This document shows positions 8,803-16,908 of a DNA stretch of 46,661 nt, piece by piece. The stretch lies in NCBI GenBank assembly GCA_964429665.1, contig CAYSDO010000002.1:1-46661 (forward strand). Direction: 5' to 3'. This DNA is from an uncultured Bifidobacterium sp. (GTDB lineage Bacteria; Verrucomicrobiota; Verrucomicrobiia; Limisphaerales; JADLHS01). The translations under genes were made by a program, and so were the position numbers. Numbering within the stretch: the stretch's first letter is position 1; every line of letters begins with the position of its first letter. Under the pieces are notes generated by a model, which worked only from the letters and a program-made list of their open reading frames with translations, searched no databases and was not told where the DNA came from.

Positions 8803-9165
8803 ATGAGGCTGTCTGAAGAATTGAGGCGACGAACGAAGCGATACGCATCGGCGACGATTCAGCTGTATGTGAAGCTGCCCCGCGGGCGCAAAGAAGTTGA
8901 AGTGCTCGGTCACCAATTATTGCGCTCCGGCACGTCCGTTGCCGCCCATGCCAGAGAGGCATCCCGCGCACGCTCAGACAGCGAGTTTTGCTCGAAATTG
9001 GACGGACTACTTCAAGAAGCGGACGAATCCGGGCTCTGGTTGGAATTGCTGCGGGATGATTGTGCGATCGAAGGTGAAAACCTCGATCACTTGGTGCGCG
9101 AAACCGACGAACTGCTCGCCATCTTCACCACCATGGTTGCAAAACTCCGCAAGCGCGCCGCTTAA
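8803..9165 (+). CDS. four-helix-bundle protein (23S rRNA intervening-sequence protein / Avd-like family)
   Basis: MRLSEELRRRTKRYASATIQLYVKLPRGRKEVEVLGHQLLRSGTSVAAHAREASRARSDSEFCSKL..EADESGLWLELL matches the characteristic pattern of this family. The track ORF starts at 8776 on a repeat-borne ATG; ATG 8803 is preferred. Confidence 0.8.
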   Translation: MRLSEELRRRTKRYASATIQLYVKLPRGRKEVEVLGHQLLRSGTSVAAHAREASRARSDSEFCSKLDGLLQEADESGLWLELLRDDCAIEGENLDHLVRETDELLAIFTTMVAKLRKRAA

Positions 9166-9216
9166 TTTCAGATTGCCAGCCTTTCAGCGTTTCAGCCTTT
9201 CAGCGTTTCAGCCTTT
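9166..9216 (+). repeat. mosaic repeat block C: (CAGCSTTT)x5 ending 6 nt before the exosortase ATG
   Basis: Octamers at 9177, 9185, 9193, 9201 and 9209 (alternating CAGCCTTT/CAGCGTTT); ATG at 9223. Confidence 0.9.
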
Positions 9217-9222
9217 AACGTA

Positions 9223-11145
9223 ATGTCCGTCTTCCGTCAATTGGCCCTTCCCCTCGCCCTCTTCTCCATCCTCTGGGTGGATCTCTGCCGTCAGCTCAGC
9301 TACACATGGGACACCAACGAACAATACGCCTATGGTTGGTTCGTTCCATTGCTCGCCCTCGGCCTGTTCATTCGCCGCTGGCCCACCCGCCCATCCCCCC
9401 AACCCACAGCATTTCAAGGTTTCAGCGTTCCAGTATCTGCCTTGACCGCTTCCCCAATTTCAGCGTTTCAGCGTTTCAGCATTTCAGCATTTGTCTTCCT
9501 GCTTTGCCTTTTACTGCTCCCCCTCCGCGTCATCATTGAGATCAACCCGGATTGGCCGCTCATCACCTGGCCCTACACACTCATCGTCGTCGCCCTCACA
9601 CTCTACGCCATCCACCTCGCCGGTCCGAGGTCTTCACCCCGTGAGATGTCCGGACCGGCTATCTCACCGGGGTCAGCGTTTCGCCGTTTCATTTCTGTTT
9701 TCAACTTTCTCAATTTCCGCTTTTCCCCTCGTCCTCCGTCCTCCGTTGTCGGTGGTCCATCACCCGAGTCTCCTAACCCTATTTCTGCTTTCTACTTTCA
9801 TAATTTCCGCTTTTTCAAGCTCTCCCCTTGGGTGGCCCACTTCGCCTTCCCCGTATGCTTCATCTTGGTCGCCGTCCAATGGCCCTACCGGATCGAGCAC
9901 GGCCTCACCCAGAACCTCATGCAGATCGTCGCCTCCCTCACCGTCGAGATCATCGGCTGGTGCGGCATACCCGCAATCCAGCAGGGCAACCTGATCGAAC
10001 TGAGCACAGGTGTCCTCGGCGTGGACGAAGCCTGCAGCGGCATCCGCTCCTTTCAATCCACGTTGATGGCCGCACTATTCCTTGGCGAACTATATCTGCT
10101 TCGTGTCCCGATCCGGTTGTTGCTCGTCGTGGCTGGCCTGGGCGCAGCCTTCCTGTTAAACGTCTGCCGCACACTTATCCTCACTTGGCAGGCAAATGCG
10201 CACGGACTGTCGGCAATTGACAAATGGCACGACCCGGCCGGCTTCACCATCGCCATCGCCTGCTTCGGCGTCCTCTGGCTCCTCGCCATCCTCATCAAGA
10301 AGCGCTGGCCCGTTCCTGATCCTCAACCATCCTCGTCCGACATTGATCCGTCGTCCTCGGCCCGTGAGATGGCCACTCGGCCCGCGGAATCAGTTCGATA
10401 TTCCACCGGGTCGCCTATCTCACCGGGGCAGCTTTCTGCTTTCCCAATTTCTGCTCTCTGCTTTCACCCCTGCCGCCATTACCTCCTTATTATTTCCTGC
10501 TGGGTTGTATTCGTGGTCCTGGGTAATCAAATATGGTACGGGATGCATGCGCGAAAAGTGGATGCTTCGCTCCGGTGGTCCGCCATGCTTCCCTCCAAAA
10601 AAAGCACCTACAAAGAACTGACCCTCACTCCAAAGGAACTGGCAGCACTAAAGTGCGACACTAGACAAGGTGGTTCATGGAGGGAGGCTGATGACACGCA
10701 ATGGGCAGTCTGGTTCTTTCGGTGGGATTCCCAGTCCCTGCTTTCACTGGTGGCTGCCCGTTGCCATCGCCCGGAAGTTTGCTTGCCTGCAAGCGGACGC
10801 AAGATGAAGGCCGATCACGGCCTTCGTTGGTACAAAGCGGGTGATCTTAGTCTTCCATTTCGCACTTACGAATTCGATAACGGCGATCAACCGCTGTATG
10901 TCTTCTTCTGCCTCTGGCAGGATGGCACCGAGCAGTTGCCGGTTAAGGACAACCTTGCCTTGGCGGGCCGACTGTGGGCCGCATTCAACGGCAGGCGAGC
11001 TCTCGGCCAGCAAAGTCTGGAAATCATCATCAGCGGCGACTCCTCTTTTGATGCTGCAGAGCAAGCCGTGCGCGAGCGTCTGCCGGGGTTGATTCGGATT
11101 GAACCGCCTGCTCCACTGCGGCAAAGTGCTGTGAACTCCCGATAA
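9223..11145 (+). CDS. exosortase (EpsH/Xrt family) fused to a C-terminal EpsI-like domain; carries three repeat-derived in-frame segments
   Basis: LSYTWDTNEQYAYGWFVP (N-terminal motif), GVDEACSGIRS (catalytic Cys), NVCRTLILTW (Arg) and KWHDPAGF (His). The C-terminal ~200 aa contain CHRPEVCLPASG, resembling the EpsI HxPxxCLPGxGW motif. Confidence 0.85.
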   Translation: MSVFRQLALPLALFSILWVDLCRQLSYTWDTNEQYAYGWFVPLLALGLFIRRWPTRPSPQPTAFQGFSVPVSALTASPISAFQRFSISAFVFLLCLLLLPLRVIIEINPDWPLITWPYTLIVVALTLYAIHLAGPRSSPREMSGPAISPGSAFRRFISVFNFLNFRFSPRPPSSVVGGPSPESPNPISAFYFHNFRFFKLSPWVAHFAFPVCFILVAVQWPYRIEHGLTQNLMQIVASLTVEIIGWCGIPAIQQGNLIELSTGVLGVDEACSGIRSFQSTLMAALFLGELYLLRVPIRLLLVVAGLGAAFLLNVCRTLILTWQANAHGLSAIDKWHDPAGFTIAIACFGVLWLLAILIKKRWPVPDPQPSSSDIDPSSSAREMATRPAESVRYSTGSPISPGQLSAFPISALCFHPCRHYLLIISCWVVFVVLGNQIWYGMHARKVDASLRWSAMLPSKKSTYKELTLTPKELAALKCDTRQGGSWREADDTQWAVWFFRWDSQSLLSLVAARCHRPEVCLPASGRKMKADHGLRWYKAGDLSLPFRTYEFDNGDQPLYVFFCLWQDGTEQLPVKDNLALAGRLWAAFNGRRALGQQSLEIIISGDSSFDAAEQAVRERLPGLIRIEPPAPLRQSAVNSR

Positions 11146-11147
11146 AT

Positions 11148-12050
11148 ATGACCGGCTATCTCCATCCCGGCTATGCCGGATCATTGGCCGAATTTGGCAA
11201 ACCGCTTCCGCTACCCCGGAGCGGTGGACACCTCCTCACGAGACAAGTTCCCAATAGTGAATGCGTGGATGCCATGGGATGCTATCCGCTGTTCTGTTGT
11301 CAGGACTGGGCTCGATTACGTGAAGACCTTGAGGAGTTGCGCGGCGAAATGATTTCGGTGGCGCTGGTAACCGATCCCATGGGAAATTACGATGAAGCAT
11401 TGCTTCACCGTTGCTTTGATCGGGTGGTGAAGTTCAAGGAGCATTTCATTGCCGATCTCACCCAGCCCGTGAATGAGTTGGCGCCAAAATATCATCGAAA
11501 GCATGCCCGCCGTGCGTTGCGTGACGCGACCATGGAGGTTTTGCCACAGCCGCTTGACGGCCTTGAGGACTGGGATCACTTGTATGCGCACTTGGTGACG
11601 CGCCATGACATCAAAGGCCTTCGGGCTTTTTCGCGGGCGTCGTTCACAGCACAACTTCAGGTGCCTGGCATAGTTGTCTTCCGAGCCGCAGTCGCAGGCC
11701 AGACCGTAGGCATGCATCTGTGGTACGTGCAGGGAGACGCTGCGTACAGTCACTTGTCCGCTTATAACGACGCAGGATACGACCTTCGCATTTCCTACGC
11801 ACTGAACTGGGCCGCCAATGAACACTTCGCTGGGAAATTACGGTGGTTGGTTTTGGGCGCTGGAGCAGGCACATCTGCGGAAGACGGTGGTGGCCTTTCT
11901 GAATACAAGCGCGGGTGGTCCACCGGGGTCCGCCAGGTTTACTTTTGCGGCCTGACTCTGGATTCTTTGAAATATGAATCGCTCACCCGGTCTCGCGGCG
12001 GCCCGGCCACTGAATATTTCCCCGCTTACCGCCAGGGTGAATTCGGTTAG
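11148..12050 (+). CDS. FemAB-like / Acetyltransf_6-type GNAT-fold acyltransferase (putative)
   Basis: 300-aa ORF starting 3 nt after the exosortase stop. The C-terminal half (VVFRAAVAGQTVGMHLWYVQGDAAYSHLSAYNDAGYDLRISYALNW...LVLGAGAG...LSEYKRGWST) resembles the BioF2/FemAB-like family found in exosortase loci. Assignment is by pattern memory only. Confidence 0.5.
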   Translation: MTGYLHPGYAGSLAEFGKPLPLPRSGGHLLTRQVPNSECVDAMGCYPLFCCQDWARLREDLEELRGEMISVALVTDPMGNYDEALLHRCFDRVVKFKEHFIADLTQPVNELAPKYHRKHARRALRDATMEVLPQPLDGLEDWDHLYAHLVTRHDIKGLRAFSRASFTAQLQVPGIVVFRAAVAGQTVGMHLWYVQGDAAYSHLSAYNDAGYDLRISYALNWAANEHFAGKLRWLVLGAGAGTSAEDGGGLSEYKRGWSTGVRQVYFCGLTLDSLKYESLTRSRGGPATEYFPAYRQGEFG

Positions 12051-12085
12051 GCCAAACTAAATGGGGGCCAAACGCGTTTGAACTT

Positions 12086-12622
12086 ATGAAGGCAAAATCA
12101 AAAATACTATTGCGAGCTCTGGAAGAAGCAGATGTGGAACGAACACACCGGTGGCATAATGATCCCGAACTTTATTCGTCGCTAATAAATCCCTTTCGGT
12201 TTGTCAGCAAAATGGCTGAATCGGAGTGGTTGCGCCACAAAGCTGGATACTCCGTCAATGAAGTGAATCTCGCCATCTGCGTGCGCGCGAATGGGGAACA
12301 CATTGGGAACATCTACCTCGGAGAGATTGATTGGGTATCACGAAAAGCCGTGTTAGGCATATTCATAGGAAGCTCTGCGCATCGCGAGAAAGGTTATGGC
12401 AAGGAAGCCCTTCGTCAGGTGCTCGCCCACGCGTTCTTTGATCTGAATCTGAATCGTGTTTCCCTTGAGGTCCTAACCGGCAATTCAGTCGCAATTAAGG
12501 CTTACGAAAAATGCGGTTTCACCGTCGAGGGTAGGCTTAGGAACCACGTGTTCAAGAACGGAGCTTACCAGGACGTGGTGGTGATGGGTATTTGCAACCA
12601 AGAATTCAACCCAAGACAATAA
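12086..12622 (+). CDS. GNAT N-acetyltransferase (RimJ/RimL-like)
   Basis: LRALEEADVERTHRWHNDPELY...REKGYGKEALRQVLAHAFFDLNLNRVSLEVLTGNSVAIKAYEKCGFTVEGRLRNHVFKNGAYQDVVVMG. Visibly lower GC than its neighbours. Confidence 0.85.
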   Translation: MKAKSKILLRALEEADVERTHRWHNDPELYSSLINPFRFVSKMAESEWLRHKAGYSVNEVNLAICVRANGEHIGNIYLGEIDWVSRKAVLGIFIGSSAHREKGYGKEALRQVLAHAFFDLNLNRVSLEVLTGNSVAIKAYEKCGFTVEGRLRNHVFKNGAYQDVVVMGICNQEFNPRQ

Positions 12623-12641
12623 TTGCATTGAGGAACTAATC

Positions 12642-13859
12642 ATGAATACACAGACCCCCACATTCGAGAAGCCCGCTTTTCCCAACCCTTTGCATGTCGG
12701 CCGCCCAAACCAGGGCAATCGCCAGCGTCTGCTGGAGCGGATCAATGACATGCTCGACCGCAATTGGCTTTCCAACAATGGCCGCTTCGTTCAGGAGTTT
12801 GAGAAACGCGTCGCCGATTACGTAGGGGTCAAGCACTGCGTCGCCATGTGTAACGCCACCGTGGCTCTGGAGATCACCACCCGGGCCGCCGGCTTCACCG
12901 GGGAGGTCATCGTGCCTGCCTTTACGTTCATCGCCACGGCTCACGCCCTGCAATGGCAGGAAATAACTCCCGTCTTCTGCGACATTGATCCGCGCACCCA
13001 CAACCTGGACCCGGCCCGCGTCGAGGAACTTATCACGCCCAAGACCACGGGAATCATTGGTGTTCACCTCTGGGGGCGGCCGTGCGACGTGGAAGCGCTG
13101 GCCGAAATCGCGGAACGGCGGAAGCTAAAACTGATGTTCGATGCCGCCCACGCCTTTGGTTGCAGTCATGAGGGGAAGATGATCGGCGGGTTCGGATTGG
13201 CCGAGGTCTTTAGTTTCCACGCGACAAAATTCTTCAACACGTTTGAAGGCGGGGCCATTGTTACAGACAACGACGAACTGGCGGCTAAGATCCGCCTGAT
13301 GAAGAATTTTGGATTCGCGGGTTATGACAACGTGATTTATATCGGCACCAACGGCAAGATGCCCGAGGTCAGCGCAGCCATGGGCTTGACCAACCTGGAG
13401 AGCCTGGACGAGTTCGTCGCTGCCAATCGGCGCAACTATGAAGCCTATCGCTTCGGCCTTTCCGGCATTCCCGGACTTTCCATGATCCGTTATGACGATT
13501 CCGAGAAATGCAACTATCACTACATCGTCGTGGAAGTGGATGAGGTCAAAGCGGGATTGAGCCGGGATGAATTATTGAAGGTGCTGCATGCGGAAAACGT
13601 CCTGGCGCGGCGCTATTTCTATCCCGGCTGCCATCGCATGGAACCTTATCGATCTAATTATCCCCACGCCAGACTGCTTCTGCCTGAAACGGAGAAATTG
13701 GGTCAACGCGTTCTGCTCCTGCCCAACGGAACCGCACTTTCAACCAAGGAAATCGAGGTGATCTGTTCCATCCTTGACCGTGCTATCCGGCACTCACCAA
13801 AGACACGCAAGCATTTGAGGGCAGGCAGTGGGGTGCCGCAAGAAGTGATGGTGAAGTGA
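12642..13859 (+). CDS. DegT/DnrJ/EryC1/StrS-family PLP-dependent sugar aminotransferase
   Basis: NGRFVQEFEKRVADYVGVKHCVAMCNATVALEI...FSFHATKFFNTFEGGAIVT (PLP lysine context). GAGGA lies 6-10 nt upstream of the ATG. Confidence 0.9.
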   Translation: MNTQTPTFEKPAFPNPLHVGRPNQGNRQRLLERINDMLDRNWLSNNGRFVQEFEKRVADYVGVKHCVAMCNATVALEITTRAAGFTGEVIVPAFTFIATAHALQWQEITPVFCDIDPRTHNLDPARVEELITPKTTGIIGVHLWGRPCDVEALAEIAERRKLKLMFDAAHAFGCSHEGKMIGGFGLAEVFSFHATKFFNTFEGGAIVTDNDELAAKIRLMKNFGFAGYDNVIYIGTNGKMPEVSAAMGLTNLESLDEFVAANRRNYEAYRFGLSGIPGLSMIRYDDSEKCNYHYIVVEVDEVKAGLSRDELLKVLHAENVLARRYFYPGCHRMEPYRSNYPHARLLLPETEKLGQRVLLLPNGTALSTKEIEVICSILDRAIRHSPKTRKHLRAGSGVPQEVMVK

Positions 13860-13865
13860 GAGGGC

Positions 13866-14100
13866 GTCCGTTTTTCTGTTTCTGCTTTCTGCTTTCCATG
13901 TTCTTGTTTTGAAATGTCAGTATTTCAGATTTCTGCATGTCACTTTTTGTTGTCCGTAGTCAGTCGCCTGTAGTCATTTTGAATTCCTACTTTCCTCGGC
14001 CCGTGAAATGGCGCGCCTACTTCAGGGGGCTGCATTTCAGCTTGTCAGCATTTCCGAATTTCTGATTTGCTTCAGTTTTCCTTGATTCAGTTTTCCTTGA
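13866..14100 (+). repeat. mosaic repeat block D (TTTCTGY, GTCAG, GTCCGTAGTCAG modules, hairpin 13998-14030, 15-bp tandem duplication 14071-14100)
   Basis: gtccgtttttctgtttctgctttctgctttcc...gaaatgtcagtatttcag...tgtccgtagtcagtcgcctgtagtc...cggcccgtgaaatggcgcgcctacttcagggggc...cagcttgtcagcatttcc. Confidence 0.9.
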
Positions 14101-15566
14101 AAGACCTCTCAAAAAAATCCACCTCGGCCGTGTTGTGGGGTGGGATGGAAATATTCCTGAAGCAGGGAATCGGGCTGGTGCTTTCGATTGTAATCGCACG
14201 GCTGCTGAAACCGGAAGACTTTGGGGTCATTGCCATGCTTTCCCTCTTCACAGGTATCGCCGCCGTGTTTGTGGATAGCGGCTTCAATTCGGCGCTGATC
14301 CAGCGGCAGGGTATTACGATCGAGGACACCTCCACGGTTTTCTATTTCAACATTGGGATGGCCCTGGCAATGGCTCTGTTGCTCGCCGCCGCGGCGCCCT
14401 ATATTGCCGATTTCTATCGCATGCCCATCCTGAAACCATTGACTTGGCTGATGGCCTTCAACCTCTTCCTCGGATCCTTCCGCTCGATTCAAGCGGTCTT
14501 GCTGACAAAGGAATTGAACTTCCGCATACAAATGAAGGTGACTTTGGCCGCGACGATTATTTCCGGTGCGATTGGGATTGGCCTGGCGTGGCATGGCTGG
14601 GGCGTTTGGGGCCTTGCCGTCCAAATCGTGGCCTCAACCGCTGTCTCCGTTTTGCTGCTTTGGTTTCTGTCCGCCTGGCGTCCGGCGGTTTGCTTCCGGC
14701 TCGCCTCCCTCCGTTCCCTCTTTCGCTACGGCTCCTTCATGGCTCTCTCCGGGTTGTTGGATACAGCCTACACCCGGTTGAACACGTTGATCATCGGTCG
14801 GGTCTATTCAGCTCGCGACCTCGGCCTTTACTCGCGGGCGGATAATATCCAGCAATTGCCCACCAGCACTATTTCCACACTGCTCGGGCGCGTGGCGTTC
14901 CCGGTCTTTTCTGCCGCAGCCGCTGGCGAATCTGGAGCACTGCGCCACGCGGCTTCAAAGGCCCTGACCGCCATAATGCTTGTCAATACACCGCTCATGT
15001 TCGGCATCCTAGTCACCGCCCGCCCCCTCGTCCTTGTCGTCTATGGCGAAAAATGGTTGCCCTGTGTGCCGTTCTTGCAGGTGCTTGCCCTGGCCGGTGT
15101 ATTCTGGCCGTTGCATGTTATCAACCTAAACCTGATCAAGAGCCGGGGTCGTTCGGACTTGTTCTTCCGTCTGGAAATCATCAAGAAGGTCATCGGCCTG
15201 ACCTTTCTGATCGTGGCCGCCCAAATCAGCATGATGGCAATGGCTTGGAGCCATGTGTTTGTCGGGTTCATCTGTTATTTCATCAACGCTGCCTATTCGG
15301 GAAGACTCGCCGCCTACCCTATCAAGGATCAAGTCCGTGACATGAGTCCGTACCTGGCTGTCGCTGGCATCATGTTGGTGGCCGTCTGGTCTGTGGCTTT
15401 CTTTGCACCATTCTCATCACCTTTGCTTCTCGCGATACAAATTGTATTCGGTGCCGCCCTATACGTTTGGCTTTGCCACTCGTTCAAGCTCACTGCATTT
15501 CACGATGCCACCATGCGACTTCGTAGCGTCCTCGTGCAAAAAGGTTTTGCAGCCGCCCGTGCCTGA
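14067..15566 (+). CDS. Wzx-type polysaccharide flippase (MOP/PST family)
   Basis: Multi-TM ORF. N-terminus KKSTSAVLWGGMEIFLKQGIGLVLSIVIARLLKPEDFGVIAM is typical of PST flippases. Start ambiguous: TTG at 14067 or 14097 inside a 15-bp duplication, first ATG at 14145. Confidence 0.85.
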   Translation: MLQFSLIQFSLKDLSKKSTSAVLWGGMEIFLKQGIGLVLSIVIARLLKPEDFGVIAMLSLFTGIAAVFVDSGFNSALIQRQGITIEDTSTVFYFNIGMALAMALLLAAAAPYIADFYRMPILKPLTWLMAFNLFLGSFRSIQAVLLTKELNFRIQMKVTLAATIISGAIGIGLAWHGWGVWGLAVQIVASTAVSVLLLWFLSAWRPAVCFRLASLRSLFRYGSFMALSGLLDTAYTRLNTLIIGRVYSARDLGLYSRADNIQQLPTSTISTLLGRVAFPVFSAAAAGESGALRHAASKALTAIMLVNTPLMFGILVTARPLVLVVYGEKWLPCVPFLQVLALAGVFWPLHVINLNLIKSRGRSDLFFRLEIIKKVIGLTFLIVAAQISMMAMAWSHVFVGFICYFINAAYSGRLAAYPIKDQVRDMSPYLAVAGIMLVAVWSVAFFAPFSSPLLLAIQIVFGAALYVWLCHSFKLTAFHDATMRLRSVLVQKGFAAARA

Positions 15567-15586
15567 TTCCCAATCCATTCTTTGAC

Positions 15587-16621
15587 ATGACACCCGCTTG
15601 GAAAGAAGTCAGTGATCAGGCCGTGGTGCAAACGACCCCGGTGGTGAGCGTGGCGATGCTGGCGTACAACCACGCAGCCTTCATCGCTGAAGCCATCGAA
15701 GGGATACTGATGCAGAAAACTGAATTCCCTATTGAACTGGTGATCGGGGTCGACTGTTGCCCGGACAACACCCTCGAAATTGTTCTGCGTTACCAAAAAA
15801 TTCACCCAAAAGTCATCCGGGTGTTGGTTCCTGAGCAGAGGCTTGGGGCACTTCAGAACTCCCTTCTGACCCTGGGCGCTTGTCGTGGAAAATACACCGC
15901 CTTGTGCGAAGGGGACGATTTTTGGACCCATCCTCAGAAACTCGAAAGACAGGTTGAATTTCTGGAGCATAGCCCGACTGTCGCCGGTAGCTTTCACGAC
16001 TGCGATATACTCCAACAATCCAGCGGCCAGAAGCGACTTCGTGTCGGAGGAAGAAGAATTGATCCAAATCCGGATGTTGCCTCCCTCATCCGAGAAAACA
16101 ATATTGCGACGTGTTCGATGGTCTTCCGGAATGTCATCCCGATCGGCGAATTTGAAAAATGGCTCGGCCGTACGCGTAAGGGCGATTACATGCTGGCTCT
16201 GCTGGTGGCACAACACGGACCCTGGCACTACTCCAATGACCTAATGTCGGTGTATCGTGTCCATGATGGAGGGATCTGGTCCGGGATTCGCGAAGTGGAG
16301 CGTTGTAATCATAACGTACAGTTTTGGGAACTGTTGGAGGACTCCAACGATTATGCGGCGGTGGCGGAAGTCATCAAGGCACGAAGGCGGAATGATGTCC
16401 GAGGGTTAAGCATCGCCTTGGCCCGCGATGGGAGGTTGTTGGAATCTGCTAGAGCTTACCTCCGGTCCCTCGGGTCCAAGCGTGCTATGCAACGCAAATG
16501 TATTAGTTCTGCCACGTATTTCAAGGAGCTTGCCGGATTCTTGACCGCTCGCCTGGGAATGCAGAAGTTAGCCGGTGGCATCTTGCGGAAGATGTCCGCC
16601 CACAAAGAAACCAGACTGTGA
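15587..16621 (+). CDS. glycosyltransferase family 2
   Basis: VSVAMLAYNHAAFIAEAIEGILMQKTEFPIELVIGVDCCPDNT...YTALCEGDDFW (GT-A fold with DxD-like motif). Confidence 0.9.
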   Translation: MTPAWKEVSDQAVVQTTPVVSVAMLAYNHAAFIAEAIEGILMQKTEFPIELVIGVDCCPDNTLEIVLRYQKIHPKVIRVLVPEQRLGALQNSLLTLGACRGKYTALCEGDDFWTHPQKLERQVEFLEHSPTVAGSFHDCDILQQSSGQKRLRVGGRRIDPNPDVASLIRENNIATCSMVFRNVIPIGEFEKWLGRTRKGDYMLALLVAQHGPWHYSNDLMSVYRVHDGGIWSGIREVERCNHNVQFWELLEDSNDYAAVAEVIKARRRNDVRGLSIALARDGRLLESARAYLRSLGSKRAMQRKCISSATYFKELAGFLTARLGMQKLAGGILRKMSAHKETRL

Positions 16622-16710
16622 AATCTCCTCGCAGGAATTGCCTTTTCTGAGCGATAAGGTGTTTTCAATCCTGAGCCGCTTCATTGTGCCTTTTGCCTGC
16701 GTTGCTTCCG

Positions 16711-16908
16711 ATGGCTGACATTGTTGTAATCGCCGGCGAGAAAAGCATGAATCACGTCCAGCCGTTACTCCAGCGGATTGAACCCGATGCAGGATTGGTC
16801 GTTCAGCACAACTAGGCAACCATCCTGTCGCACAATCCACGGGTCGTCCTTTGCTTTGATGATTACCATTTGTTGTTCTTGAACGTACTGGCGCAGCTCT
16901 GGCAATGA
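16711..16908 (+). pseudogene. decayed copy of the N-terminus of the downstream gene (17382..18626), interrupted by an in-frame TAG at 16813
   Basis: My translation MADIVVIAGEKSMNHVQPLLQRIEPDAGLVVQHN*ATILSHNPRVVLCFDDYH... is collinear (one-residue offset, no gaps) with MDIVVLANRYKVHHFRNLEERFAGRFGYEGSYDPTAIRRHKPALVVCFDEHF... of the next gene. Frame stops again at 16906. Confidence 0.5.

Noticed and set aside
8803-9165. Diversity-generating retroelement suggested by the Avd-like four-helix-bundle gene
   Set aside because: There is no reverse transcriptase gene and no template/variable repeat pair with A-specific mismatches anywhere in the window. Most members of this family are not DGR-associated.
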